From Hormiphora californensis (taxonomy: Eukaryota; Animalia; Ctenophora): a stretch of DNA of 64,000 nucleotides. The translations under genes and the position numbers were made by a program. Position 1 is the stretch's first letter. Every line of letters starts with the position of its first letter. Positions 11,908 to 24,856 of the stretch are shown here, one piece after another. The stretch spans positions 992,001 through 1,056,000 of the forward strand of contig CM035353.1 in the NCBI GenBank assembly GCA_020137815.1, in the 5' to 3' direction. Under the pieces are notes generated by a model, which saw only the letters and a list, made by a program, of their open reading frames with translations, was not told the DNA's origin and did not search any database.

Positions 11908-12440
11908 CAGTGCAGGTTAAGAAGGATGTAGCAGGTTAAGGAGGATGTAGCAGGTTAAGGAGGATGTAGCAGGTTAAGGAGGATGTAGCAGGTTAAGGAG
12001 GATGTAGCAGGTTACGGAGGGAGTAGCAAGTTAAGGAGGATGTAGCAGGTTAAGGAGGGAGTAGCAGTGCAGGTTAAGGAGGATGTAGCAGGTTAAGAAG
12101 GGAGCAGCAGTGCAGGTTAAGAAGGATGTAGCAGGTTAACCCTTTGAGGCCCAGAGGGTCATATATGTCCAAAAGTTTGAGGCTTCGTAGCGTCAAGCCT
12201 GATTAAGTTTTGGCCTAAAATAAAATGCCAGGTGATAGCTTGAACGATTCTCTATCTAAAAATCGGGACATTTTCATGCCAAATTGTATGAGGAAGTTCC
12301 TAATTAGGACTAAATGAACCCCACTTCGGTCAGGTTTAAGGAGTGAGCAGCAGGTTAAGGAGATAGCAGCAGGTTAAGGAGATAGCAGCAGTGCAGGTTA
12401 AGGAGGATGTAGCAGGTTAAGGAGGGAGCAGTAGGTCAGG
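11908..12440. repeat. ~19-bp tandem repeat (GCAGGTTAAGGAGGATGTA), interrupted at ~12140-12335 by a fragment starting TTAA|CCCTT (piggyBac-like end)
   Basis: Direct reading. It lies immediately 3' of the minus-strand L2 fragment and may be that element's 3' UTR. Confidence 0.85.
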
Positions 12441-12485
12441 GATGCAGAAGCAGGTTCAAAGGGAAAGGAGGAAGGTCAGGGGAAA

Positions 12486-12850
12486 TCAGCAATCGTAGGC
12501 CATTCTAAACAAACAGGTCTTCAAAGATTTCTTGAAAGAAGACAGTGTTTCTAAGTTGCGTATCTGCTCAGGAAGGCGGTTCCACATTTTTGGAGCGGCT
12601 ACACTAAAAGCTCTCTCTGTTGCTTTGTAGTTGCATGTACTGTGAACCTCTTCTAGTCTCGTTGCATCAGTATCCACTCGCAGACATTTAGCCGTTGGTT
12701 TCCGCTTTTGAACCATGTCTGCCATATATCCGGGTGTGTCGTTGTTAAGTGACTTATAGACTAGCAGACATATCTTGTACTCAATTCTGTGTCTAATGGG
12801 TAGAAAGTGGCACTTCCTACACTTGAATTGTGTGTTTGTCACCTTCATTA
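12486..12850 (-). mobile_element. 5'-truncated L2-clade LINE (ORF2 C-terminus)
   Basis: HFLPIRHRIEYKICLLVYKSLN...RAFSVAAPKMWNRLP...FKKSLKTCLF, clearly homologous to the C-terminus of the ORF at 32815-35754. Confidence 0.88.
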
Positions 12851-14176
12851 TCTCTGTGTAGCTCCAACCTTCTTGGCCACCCCAAAAATGGAAAGAGATC
12901 CGGGGCTTGAGGTCAATTTATAGAGCAAACTTAATACAAATCTACAACTCCACCTCTTCTATCAATTGCAAAGTTTGGTGCTTGACATAAATGTCCTTTT
13001 CTTCCAGATTTCCAAAAAAGGCCCTATCGCAAGGCGTCAGAAGACAACTTGCTATCATTTTTTATTATCATTGAGGGTTGGATCCTATATAAGGTTTGGT
13101 TATATAAGATTTGGGAAGTCGTTCTAAAGAGAGCAAAACAAAAGTTCACAATTTTCTTTTAAAAAAAACGAATTTGAAAAAAATTATGTCCTCATCTCAG
13201 CTTGGATTCACGAATCCTTTCAAAAATCTCCACGCGCGGCGTGTGTATGTAGCGCGCAAATCTAAAAACAGCGCCGCGCATCCCCTACTTCGCCACTGCG
13301 CGCACGATTAAGTCTACTCCGCAAACAACCCATGTCCATCTCCAACGTTAGGAATGCGAACCGCGGTTCGCATTTCACATTCCTAACCGCGACTTTTTTC
13401 TCTGCTTCTGTTGTATGTTGTCTTAGCTCTGTTTCCAAATAATATACTAATAAAACTGAAGTATTATTTATGTTTATTTCTCCACCCAGTTTTGAACTGA
13501 AAACGCGACGAGTGAACACACGCATACGCACACGTAGAGCAAGCCTAATTACGCTATTCTGCGGTGGAGTTGGAAGGGCTGAGGTCCTAACAAGTTATGC
13601 TTGACCATTGCTTAATCTTTGGTGGTCTATGAGATCGATATCACTGTTCTAGCTTTATAGTTTATTGAGATTGTGCCTTCCCTCAATGATCGATGGATGT
13701 GACTTGTGAGGTGATTGAGGGCGAACAGAACTGTTGTTAAGAGATGCGTGGGCGGGAGAGAAACAGTGAGATTTTGACTTTGAGTGTAGGGCTAATAGAC
13801 TTGGCTCATAGGGGAGCGGGTTCACTGCCAGACCGATGCGAAGAGAAGAACAACCGATGTACCGACGAAAATTAGGATACCCAGGATTTGAAAATAGAAA
13901 TGGATGTGTAGGGCACAGCTCAGTTGGCCTACACGTACAGGGCTGTTGAGAAGGATGAGATTGTAGTTTTTAGAAAGTAAGGGGGAGAAATTAAAAGACA
14001 ATTTTCACAAAAACATAAGAGAAGTACGAAAAAGAACAGAGCAAATTATATTGGGATGGAAGGACTTCTGACTATGATTCTCTCAATCTCGCTTTTTTAA
14101 CAGGTCACACTTTACTTTTACAACAATACATGATAACATGGTAGACGTACAAAAAAGCTATATTACAGCCAGCACT

Positions 14177-15158
14177 TCACAGTTTATCTAAGATTTGTTT
14201 AAGCAGAACATTTCTTTCTCTCATGATATCCTGGATCTGTGTGTTATGGCGTTTCTGTTCTTCTGCCATGTTACCATGAATCTCCTCTATCGTCTTCCTC
14301 CGGATTGCCTTCTGAAGTCGGCCATTCGGTCCCGTCGTCAGTCGGGCATCAGGTTTTATCAGGGCACTGGTTCCAAGCTGTTGGTGTAGTGTCTTGAACC
14401 AACCCGGTTCTTTCTTCGATTCAGCTCCTGAAGTAAAATATTTGTTAGTGTGTTAATGTACATCTCCATGAGAGGGGTGGATGATGAGAAGTTTAACTTG
14501 TTTGATGCAACAGGTGGAGGGGGTTCAGTGGGCTGAGAAATCTACACGAGACAATTATCGACTACACAGTTGACTCCCCACATTTGTACCTGTATCATTG
14601 CCCCTTTTCTTCATTACTTCAAAATAGTGCTTCCTGACCGCTGCCCACTTGTCAACCGCGGCCTTGCCAGATAGGGAGTGTCCGGGGTTCGCTATAACCA
14701 GTTCATTAGCGATCAGACCCATGATATGGGCCTGGGAGTGTGTTTTTTTCATTGCAAGGTACTTATCTGAAAATATCAACTCCACAAAATCCTTGACTAC
14801 GATTTCAGGCCATGGAAATCTCTTAACACTGCAAAAACGGATTTTGGTTAGATCAAACCCTACACTTATTACAGTTTCGAAATGAGGTTGTCAGTATATA
14901 ATTCAAATAACGAGATGTCACAAACATAGTTGGTGAACTTTTTCTGTTTGGTAGAGTAAGCTAGAGCAAAGAGGAGCACTCATTCATTGAGTAAACAGAC
15001 TAAACAACTTACTTATTATACTGAAAACATTGAGTAACCTACCTCTCTGACTCGTCTTGGTTTGTTGCTGAAGACGTTCCCTGGGCCGTAGTAGCTGCTT
15101 TTTGCTTCCTAAACATGTATTGATTTAATAATTTGTTGTACCAATAACTAATAAAACA

Positions 15159-15228
<70 letters not shown>

Positions 15229-15669
15229 ATTTATTTGAAACCCAAAAATAACCCCATAATCTGTATTTTACATAGGTATGTCATGACAAAGTAAAACGTA
15301 CCCTTTTGATTTCAAGTTCTTGATCCTAACCGTCATATCGATATTTTCCTCATCCAGAGCTGTACTTTTCCTGCAAAAATTAGGTTAGTTTGATATGGGT
15401 GAATCAATGAAATAAGCGAAACTCTGTTTTGTCTGTTAAAGCTATGTCTGTCTGTCTTTCTTATAATTTGCCATCAATGACTTCATAACTCTTCCAGAAT
15501 GAGGATAATACAAGTATGTGATCTTCACTTACGATCCAGTGGTCTTCCCCGCAGCTTTCTTTGGCAAACTTTTCCTGGCACCTGCAGTTATAGTCCTACA
15601 AAAGGTAAATTGTGAGGCTACAATATGAGCAGCATGTTCAGTCTGTCTGTCTGTCTGTTTGTCTGTCTA

Positions 15670-15714
<45 letters not shown>

Positions 15715-15720
15715 ATAGTA

Positions 15721-15758
<38 letters not shown>

Positions 15759-15792
15759 ATTGTCTGTCTGTCTGTCTAACTGTATGTCTGAC

Positions 15793-15823
<31 letters not shown>

Positions 15824-15995
15824 ATGTCTGTCTGTCTGTATAGTATGTCTGTCTGTCTGTCTAATTGTCTGTCTGTCTGTCTGTCTGTATAGTATGTCCG
15901 TCATGTCTGTCTGTCTGTCTGTCATGTCTGTCTAACTGTATGTCTGTCTAACTGTATGTATGTCTGTCTGTCTTTCTGTCTAATTGTCTGTCTAA

Positions 15996-16058
<63 letters not shown>

Positions 16059-18113
16059 ATGTCTGTCTAATGTCTGTCTGTCATGTCTGTCATGTCTGTC
16101 TGTCATGTCTGTCTGTCTGTCTGTCTGTCATGTCTGTCTGTCTGTCTGTCATGTCTGTCATGTCTGTCTGTCTGTCTGTCTGTATAGCTATATCTCTCCC
16201 TACCACGCTCCTTATATCGGGGGGGGGGGGGGGTGCCATCTCTCTCTCTCTATCTCCCTATATCGCTTGCACCCATCTTTCCTTTTTTCTATCTCTTTTT
16301 ACCTTGTTTTCAGGGTGCTGGAAGTGGAAGCCTCACCATTGTCAACGGGGGCTGTGGCTGCGGGTACCGTTATGCCTCTCTGTGCCGTCTTCCTGCAAGA
16401 AAGAAGGTAAGACAAAATGTATAATGGGACGGTCTATTATAGGTCTGTCTGTCTGTCTGTCTGCATGTCTTTTCGTTAGTTAGATGCTTTACCTCTTTTT
16501 CAAAACAGTTGATAACAGCCCAGTCTCGTTTGTTCTCTTTCTGTTGATAAGATGAAGGTTAATAATATAATATTAATATTGCTGTTTCTCTCTCCTTCCC
16601 TTCCTCCACCTCATTCCTTTCCTACATTTACATCTACATCTATAACTTCCCTCCCTCCGCCCCTCCTTCTCTCTACTTATGTGGGGGCTGCTGCGGAAAC
16701 CTCATTGTTTTTAAGACAACCAGATCTTACTACTACATACTCGCAAAAAAAGTTCGATTTTTGGGAAAACACAAGTATTGTTTGTTGTGGACTGGCAGAT
16801 TCGGACAGGCCTAGACAGTGGCGAGGAAGGGGGTAAAGAATTACCAAAAATCATTGACGTTCTTTTTGAATCGCCCCTTAACCTAAAAATCGCAAATGAG
16901 ACATGATTTTCTTGCGGCAGCCCCCCTTCCTCCCCATCTCCCTGTATATAGCTATATCTCTCCCTACCGCTCTCCTTATATCGCTCCCTCCCTCTATCCC
17001 TACATCGCTCCTTGCCTATAAAATCGCTGTCTCCATCTTTCCTTTTTTCTATCTCTTTTTACCTTGTTTTCAGGGTGCTGGAAGTGGAAGCCTCACCATC
17101 GTCAACGGGGGCTGTGGCTGCGGATACCGTTGCGCCTCTCTGCGCCCTCCCGCTGCAAGAAATGAGGTAACTACATGGAATGTATAATGGGACAGAATGT
17201 ATAATGGGACAGTCCAAGAATAATTCGGCATAGATATTTAGTATAGCTACTTCAGAAAATTAAACTATCATTTAATTATTACCTGTTCACCATCTTTTGA
17301 AGCTCCTCCAATAGCTTGTTTTTGTCCTTGATGTTGCGACTGAAAGAGGTGATGGAGTGATAGATATTAGATAGTTAAAGTTCTATTTACCACCCACGGG
17401 GCTAACAATTCTACGGAATTAGGATAAACAGCTGGGGAGGGGGGGGGGCATGAACTTACGTTAGTTTAGTTATCTGGATATCTGCGTCCGTCACGTCATC
17501 TTGCCCAGGTGTGTCACTGATTATAAAAAATATCAATGGCAGCTCAATTTAGGAAGGAAGGGGGTAGCTACGTGTGTATTGTCAGGGGATTAAAGTGAGA
17601 GTGGACCGACACAAAATTTGACAAGGTTGTTGTAGATAGTAGATACCTTATTTCTCTGAGCAATTTGCTTTTTTCCCGCTTAAAATTGACCCCTCCATCA
17701 CTGAGATACTTTTGTTATGTTGGGAGCATGACGTCACGCATCTGTCTCTGTATTCTCTCTGTAGCCTGTAGGTAGTACATCGAACATGCCCGGGCACGCA
17801 CACATACAGAATACAAGAGATAGATACGTGACGTCATACTCCCAACATAACAAAAGTATCTCAGTGATGGAGGGGACAATTTTAAGCGGGGAAAAAGCAA
17901 AATGCTCAGAGAAATAATCTCTTCTTCTAAAAACCTTCAAATTTTTTTCGGCCCCTATTTTAAGTTTGGGGAAAATGTTATTCTATTCGTACCTTGAAAG
18001 GTGTGAGGGTGGCTGTGGCTCTTCTTCTTCCTCTTCGTCATCCACGAGGTCATCAGTGTTGTTTGTTGTGCCGGAACTGAACAGATCTTCCTCCAGTTCC
18101 TCCTCAAGAACTG
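14177..18113 (-). CDS. Harbinger Myb/SANT-like (trihelix) DNA-binding partner protein, >=11 exons; 5' end lost in low-quality sequence
   Basis: Exons ~18113-17993, 17516-17460, 17339-17283, 17152-17063, 16540-16493, 16392-16303, 15595-15533, 15370-15302, 15108-15043, 14828-14590, 14427-14177 join in one open frame with GT-AG sites. Domain FPWPEIVVKDFVELI...IANEL...SGKAAVDKWAAVRKHYFEV...TGAESKKEPGWFKTLHQQLG, then a coiled-coil-like C-terminus. Confidence 0.82.
15640..16185. repeat. (TGTC)n microsatellite (intronic)
   Basis: Direct reading. Confidence 0.95.
17648..17917. mobile_element. Hairpin MITE in an intron of the Myb-like gene
   Basis: ~110-bp inverted arms TTATTTCTCTGAGCA...TGCTCAGAGAAATAA. 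Confidence 0.75.
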
Positions 18114-18659
18114 GGGGGCTTTTTTTCTGTTTTTTTTCCCCCCCTTTTTCTAAAATTTTCTTCGTTTTTTTCTTCCCCCGGCTTTCCCCCTCTCTCTCCT
18201 GGCTCTCCCCTTTGCTCTCTCCTCTCTCTCTTCTCGGCTCTCGTTCCCCCGCCCCCCCCAAAAAAAAACCCCCCCCCCCCCGGGGGCCCCCCGCCCCCCA
18301 ACCCGCCCCCCCCCCCCCCCCCCCCCCCCTTTTCCTTTTCTTCTTCCTCCCTTCCCTCTTTCTCCCTTCTTCCTTTTTCTTCTTCTCTTCTCTCTTTTTT
18401 CCCCCTCTCTCTTCTCTCTTCTTTTTTCTTGTCTCTCTCCCTTTCTCTCTTTTTCTCTTCCTCTCTCGCTCTCCTCTCTCCCCTCTCTCTTTTTCCCCCT
18501 TTTCTCTTCTCTCTCTTCCTCTCTCCTCTCTCCCTCTCTCTTTTTCTTTTGTTGTAATATAACCTTCGGAAAAATATGGGGAGGGGTAACCCTTTACCTA
18601 GGTGTAAACTTTGTCAAGTCCTCTGTTGGATGTTTGTTCACTTTAAAAATTGTTTCGAT

Positions 18660-20372
18660 GGTTAAGATGGAGAACGGTTTGGAAAAAATTGACAAAAAAA
18701 TGGGGGGGTTGGGGGAGGGAAAAACTGGATTGGTCCCCTTTGTGTGGGGGGCTGGAGAAACATTGGTCTTTGCATAAAATGTGGGGGGAGAGTGGAGATG
18801 GAGGGAAAAAATTTGACAAAAAATGGGGGCTGGAGCTGGATTGGTGCAATTTGATGAAAATGTGGGGCTGGAGAACGGATTGGTAACAAATTTGACATAA
18901 AAAGTGGGGGGGAGAGGGGAGAACGGATTGGTGCTTGCAAAAATGTGGGTGGAGAAATGGTTGGTGAAATTTGTGGAAAATGGGGGGTGGAGAAACTGGT
19001 TTTGGTAAAAAAATTTGACATAAAATTGGGGGGGAAAAGGGGGGAAACGGGATTGGTGAAAATTTAATTGGGGGCTGGAAAACTGGATTGGTGAAAATTT
19101 TGAAAAAAAAAAGTGGGGCTGGAGCTGGTTGGTACTTTTTGATAAAAAAATTTGTTTGTCAAACCCTCCTTTATTTTGTAACACAGTCTAGCTAGGCCAA
19201 AAAAAAGGGTGGGGCTGGAGAACTGGATTGGTAGCAAATTTGATAGAAAATGTTGGGGCTGGAGAACTGGATTGGTAGCAATTTGTTTAGAAATGTGGGG
19301 GGTAACTGGTTTGGTAGCAAATTTGTAAAAAATGTGGGCTGGAGAACTGGATTGGTAACAAATTTGATAGTGGGGGAAAATGGTTTGGGTTCAACCCTCT
19401 TTACATTTGGGGTAAACCCCGGTTGGTAAGCAAAGAAAAATGGGGGCTGGGAGAACTGGATTGGTAGCAAATTTGATAGAAAATGTGGGGCTGGAGAACT
19501 GGATTGGTAGCAAATTTGATAGAAAATGTGGGGCTGGAGAACTGGATTGGTAGCAAATTTGACATAAAATGTGGGGCTGGAGAACTGGATTGGTAGCAAA
19601 TTTGATAGAAAATGTGGGGCTGGAGAACTGGATTGGTAACAAATTTGACATAAAATGTGGGGCTGGAGAACTGGATTGGTAACAAATTTGACATAAAATG
19701 TGGGGCTGGAGAGTGGAGAACTGGATTGGTAACAAATTTGACATAAAATGTGGGGCTGGAGAACTGGATTGGTAGCAAATTTGATAGAAAATGTGGGGCT
19801 GGAGAGTGGAGAACTGGATTGGTAACAAATTTGACATAAAATGTGGGGCTGGAGAACTGGATTGGTAGCAAATTTGATAGAAAATGTGGGGCTGGAGAAC
19901 TGGATTGGTAGCAAATTTGATAGAAAATGTGGGGCTGGAGAACTGGATTGGTAGCAAATTTGACATAAAATGTGGGGCTGGAGAACTGGATTGGTAGCAA
20001 ATTTGATAGAAAATGTGGGGCTGGAGAACTGGATTGGTAACAAATTTGACATAAAATGTGGGGCTGGAGAACTGGATTGGTAGCAAATTTGATAGAAAAT
20101 GTGGGGCTGGAGAGTGGAAAAACTGGATTGGTAACAAATTGACAAAAAAGGGTGGGGCTGGAGAACTGGATTGGTAGCAAATTGATAAAAATGTGGGGCT
20201 GGAGAACGGGAGGGTAAAAATTTTTGAAAAAATGTGGGGTGGAGACTGGTTTGGGTACAAATTGACTAAAATGTGGGGGGTGGAGAATGGATTGGTACAA
20301 ATTTGAAAAATGTGGGGGGGCTGGTTGGGGTAAAAAATTTGCTAAAATGTGGGGCTGGGTGGAGGGAAAAAG
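18660..20372. repeat. 43-bp tandem satellite inside the Harbinger element
   Basis: Unit AAAATGTGGGGCTGGAGAACTGGATTGGTAGCAAATTTGATAG with a GACAT variant and occasional +7-bp copies. Clean at ~19450-20180, degraded at the flanks, and runs into the N gap. Confidence 0.92.
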
Positions 20373-20472
20373 NNNNNNNNNNNNNNNNNNNNNNNNNNNN
20401 NNNNNNNNNNNNNNNNNNNNNNNNNNNNNNNNNNNNNNNNNNNNNNNNNNNNNNNNNNNNNNNNNNNNNNNN
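20373..20472. other. Assembly gap (100 N)
   Basis: Run of N. Confidence 1.
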
Positions 20473-22551
20473 CAGCGTGTGTAAAAATGTTCTGTGGGTG
20501 TGGGCCACCTCAGTAGACGTGACGCGCGAGCCCTCCATTGTGTACAAAAGACCTACAACTTCGCGCGCACATCGCCTAGAATTGTGACGCTAATTGGTTC
20601 TTGGGGTTTTTACACCAGCCAATAGACGCCGTTTTCTTGATGGAGGGGTTAAATTCCATAAAAAAAAAAAACAAAGACAGCCACATCCCAGCTCACGTAC
20701 TGATCTGATTTGGGACTATCAGTACGTAAGATTGTGTACTGATAGTCCCACCGACATTTATCAGTAAGAGGCACCACATACGGCAGTGCGTACTGGAGTT
20801 TGCACCGAAAGTGCTGTATGTGCTAGTGAGAACTGAAGTTAGAGGCACCACATACGGCGGTGCGAATTTCAGTACAGTGCTGTATGTGGTCCCCCTCAGT
20901 TGTCTGTCAAGTATTGGTTGTTGTTGTAGTGACAGCTTTCCGATCCCAAGAGAGCTTTGCAGCTGTGATATCACGACAGGAGATAAGGAGAGTACTTACT
21001 TTTCTATATCTTGTTGAGTACTTGACAGCTAAGAGATATTGACAGTTATATCTTGACACTTATCAGAACTAGTTATATTAACTGATTTCTATAGGTGTTA
21101 TATCATACTCTCCGTGGGATGTAATATATCAGTCATTTCCATTTTATATTTGCTTTACATGTGACGTGCAATTATTTTTATAGTTTATTTGTATGGATGC
21201 AATGCATGTACTCAAACTATTGTACAAGTATACAATTCCTAGAAATATTCAAATTGTATGTTCAGAGAACTTTGATAAATTGTAGCTTGCTTGCGGGCAA
21301 TTATAGATTCCACTGACAAAATCCACATTATAAATTATCTATCGGATGTGTGTCTCAGAAACTTTAGAGCTCTATATAGCTGCCCTCTCTCATACAGCTT
21401 ACTGACTAATGATATTGATATCAGCTGGCTAAGTATAATTACAATTCTGAGCTACCTATAATTCGCAATAGTTATATAGCACTTAATCAACCTTCAGACT
21501 ATAGCGGAGTTCTGTCTCCGGCCGCTCTTGAGTTCCTTCCATATAGCTACTTGAATTAATATATTATTATTATTATGGAGGATTACTATAGTTCTCTCTA
21601 GGAAGCTTAGCTTATCACATGGTCATCATAAAACTAATCGATCGTTTATAAGAGATGATTTAATGTTATAAAGGCATCTTGCTTTCTCATATAAAGCTTT
21701 GGATTCTCTCTTATAGACCTCCACAAAAATGAATTTAAAAACGAAATTTCAAGATGTTCCAGAAAACTGCAATTATATTGACAATATATTGCAGCTTTCT
21801 GGAAAAATATTATCGTTTTCTTGAAATGCGAGGATTTCAGTTAAGCTTCTCACACATAGCACTATAGGGACCTAGGGCATTGCTTTTTCTTCTTGATGGC
21901 ATTATTACAGAAAATCAAGTTTCATACATTTTAGTACGTCTATAGGTTCTTTAAGTACGAATCCGATTTAAGACTTTAAACACATGTATAATACACATAT
22001 TGTTTGAGCCGCCATGGAACTCTGGATATATTAGTGAAGCCAGTTAAACACACTATACTACATATGTCATGGGTATAATATACAGTAGTGATTTACTATG
22101 AAGCTGTGAGAAGGCCTGTAAATTGCAGTGTAATGACTCAAGTCTAAGTTTAAATTTAAACTTTCCAGTGAATTCTACTGTTATAGTGACTCTAGTTATC
22201 TACATTCCGTATATAGTGACTCTAGTTATATCTACATTCCGTATATGATCTACAGTTCTCATGCCTATAGATGTTTTAGTTAACTACTCGATTGACACAA
22301 TCTTATTTGATAAGAGCGGTTGCCATGGGCTTGAACCCCTTTCGGGGACCCTACGCAGTACGCACGATCAGGACCAATCACAAAATGATATAACCAGGTA
22401 GAATTGACATATATCGTCTTGTAACTTGTCTGGTTCGGTTATAGCTTCTTTGATCCATTCCCAAAGCGCACGTTCACACTTTCACACTCTCTTAGATCAC
22501 AGAAACATACAGTAATATATGTCTATCTCTATATCCACCTGTCTCTGTCTT

Positions 22552-22596
<45 letters not shown>

Positions 22597-24672
22597 TTCT
22601 ACCCTTTCTACTATCCGGCAAGTCCTTGAAAATTTCTGTATAAATTATTTACGTCTCGAAAACACTGACTACATATAATATCATGCCCTGAGTAACATCC
22701 TCTGCAGTTATAGCTGACACCATCAATATTTCTGACAAACTTCTTCTTTTAGTTATAATTCTATCCTAATAGTCAATATTCATGTGTGTATTATTATAAT
22801 TATTAGATAGAACTTACTTTTTGTATTCTGTTTTCCGAATGAACGACTTATCACCATCAAAAAGTCATACACATCACAAGACCGACACATATAATCTCCC
22901 TTCTAAATCTCTGGCGAGCTTTTATTGTGATTCAACATCAGTGTTTAAACGCATGTTTCGCGAGCTTCTAAACGCTTTATTATACCGTTTAGCCGGGTCC
23001 GTTTAACCACTTAAAACATTATATAATAATCTCCTACGTGTGACTAAGAGGCACTTTGATTTACTCAAGAGCTCGGCAGATCCAGTGCAATGAGCGGCAC
23101 GTTTTGCGTTCTAAATATACGTTATTTTTAAAAATTACCAAAAAAAACTTTTGTTTTAAATGAGATTGTTTTGATTAGATGAAATTTAATTTAATAAATA
23201 AAAGCGAAAGTTGGGTTTGGGAAATTGATGTAAGTCAATTAACTGTGTTGATTGATTGAAAATTAATATACTTCGGTAAATGGGTTTTCAAACGCTTAAA
23301 AAATACTGCATGATAAAGATTCTTATTATCATTTATAAGGGTCGAGAATACAATTTCTTTTCTCTCCCTTTTTCCCCCCTCTTTTTCTTCCCCGCTTCCT
23401 CTCTCACCTTCCTTTTTTTCTCTCTTTCTTTTATCCCCCTTCCCCTTTTTTTCCCCTTTTTTTACCCCCATAAAAATTTTCTCTCTCTCTTTTTTTCCCC
23501 TCTCGCCCCCCAAAAAAATTGGGGGAATTTTTTAAAAAAGGGGGGATGGGAAAGAGGGGAAAAAGGGGCCCAAAAAAAAGTTAGGGGGAAAAGGGAGGGG
23601 GGAAAAAAAAAAAAGAAAAAAAGGGGGGGAAAAAAAATAAAGGGGGAAAAAAAGGGGGAAAAAAGGGAGGAGGAAGGGGAGAAAAAGGGGAAAAAAGGGG
23701 AAAAAAAGAAGGGGGGAAAAAAAAAGGAAAAAGGAAAACAAAAGGGGAAAAAAAAAGGGAAAAAAAAGGGGAAAGAAAAAAAATGAAAAATTTGGAAAAA
23801 GACGGGTAAAGTTAATAAGAAAAACACGACGAGTGAATGGATGAAAATGAAATGGTCCCGATGTAAGAAATTGATTATGAGACCGATCTCAGATTTATAT
23901 TACACTGATGCAATTCGGGCCCCGCCCGCAAAAGGCTGGGCCCGTTGCTCACACTCTCTCTATCTCATCAACTCAAACAGAAATCTGGGGAATAAGAAAC
24001 CTTGGAAGAAAAAAAAGAATGATAAAAATGTAAGATGATAATTGAGTGGGGGATAAGTTGATGGGAGGATTCGATACTATGATGAAGTAATTTAGTAAGA
24101 TTGTAAGCAGATGGTTTACAAGTACATAATTAATACATGATCATGATCAGTCAATATGTCTGCAAGAGCATTTGTGATAGGCCATGTGAAGAGGCAGAAA
24201 ACGAAGAGGAAGAGATATCTGATGCGAAGAAATGAAAGAGAGAGAGGAGCAGAGAAGAGAGAGGAGAACGCGAGAGAGAGAAGAGGGGAGAGCAGAGAGA
24301 GAGAGAGAAGAGGAAAGGAGAGAGTAGGAGAGCAGAGAGAGAACAAGAGAGAAGGAGAGAGAAGGGAAGAGAGAGGGGGAATCAAAAATGAAAAGAGATG
24401 AAAAAGAGAGAGCGTACGAGAAGAGAGAGAGAGAGAAAAGAGAGAGGAGAATAGAGAGAGGAGAGAGGAGAGAGATCGAGAGAGATAAGAGAGAGAGAGG
24501 AGAGAGAGAGGACGAAGAGAGAGAAGACGAGAGAGAGGAGAGAGAGCCGAGGACGACATAGTAAGAGCAGAAAGAGAGCAAAGAGCGAGAGAGAGCGGAA
24601 TGATATAGAAGAGGAAAGAGAGGAACTAGAGAGACGTACCGCTACGTAGACAAGAGAATTCTCTCTCTCTCT

Positions 24673-24785
<113 letters not shown>

Positions 24786-24822
24786 CCCCTCTTTTTCTCC
24801 CCCTTTCCCCTTCTTTTCCCCT

Positions 24823-24856
<34 letters not shown>

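Larger units (their letters stand above)
7631..20895 (-). mobile_element. Full-length PIF/Harbinger DNA transposon (~13.3 kb, spans an assembly gap)
   Basis: Perfect 19-bp TIR GGGGGACCACATACAGCAC (7631-7649) / GTGCTGTATGTGGTCCCCC (20877-20895). 3-bp TSD TCA (7628-7630, 20896-20898). Shared subterminal motifs. Encodes a DDE transposase plus a Myb/SANT-like protein, the canonical Harbinger gene pair. Confidence 0.9.

Noticed and set aside
15956-16483. Plus-strand VCLS-repeat ORFs
   Set aside because: Translation of the (TGTC)n microsatellite plus the antisense of a real minus-strand exon.
18113-18660. Pro/Phe/Lys-rich ORFs (also 23280-23830, 24116-24875 and 35833-36542)
   Set aside because: Homopolymer-degraded or microsatellite sequence typical of poor-quality reads; not credible coding sequence.
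19192-20300. Three overlapping ~300-aa minus-strand ORFs
   Set aside because: A by-product of a stop-free 43-bp repeat; the same peptide cycles through all three frames.
20900-22800. Exon-like minus-strand fragments flanking the Harbinger (also 6400-7620)
   Set aside because: Stops in every frame I tried and no recognisable domain; may be an old pseudogene but cannot be called.
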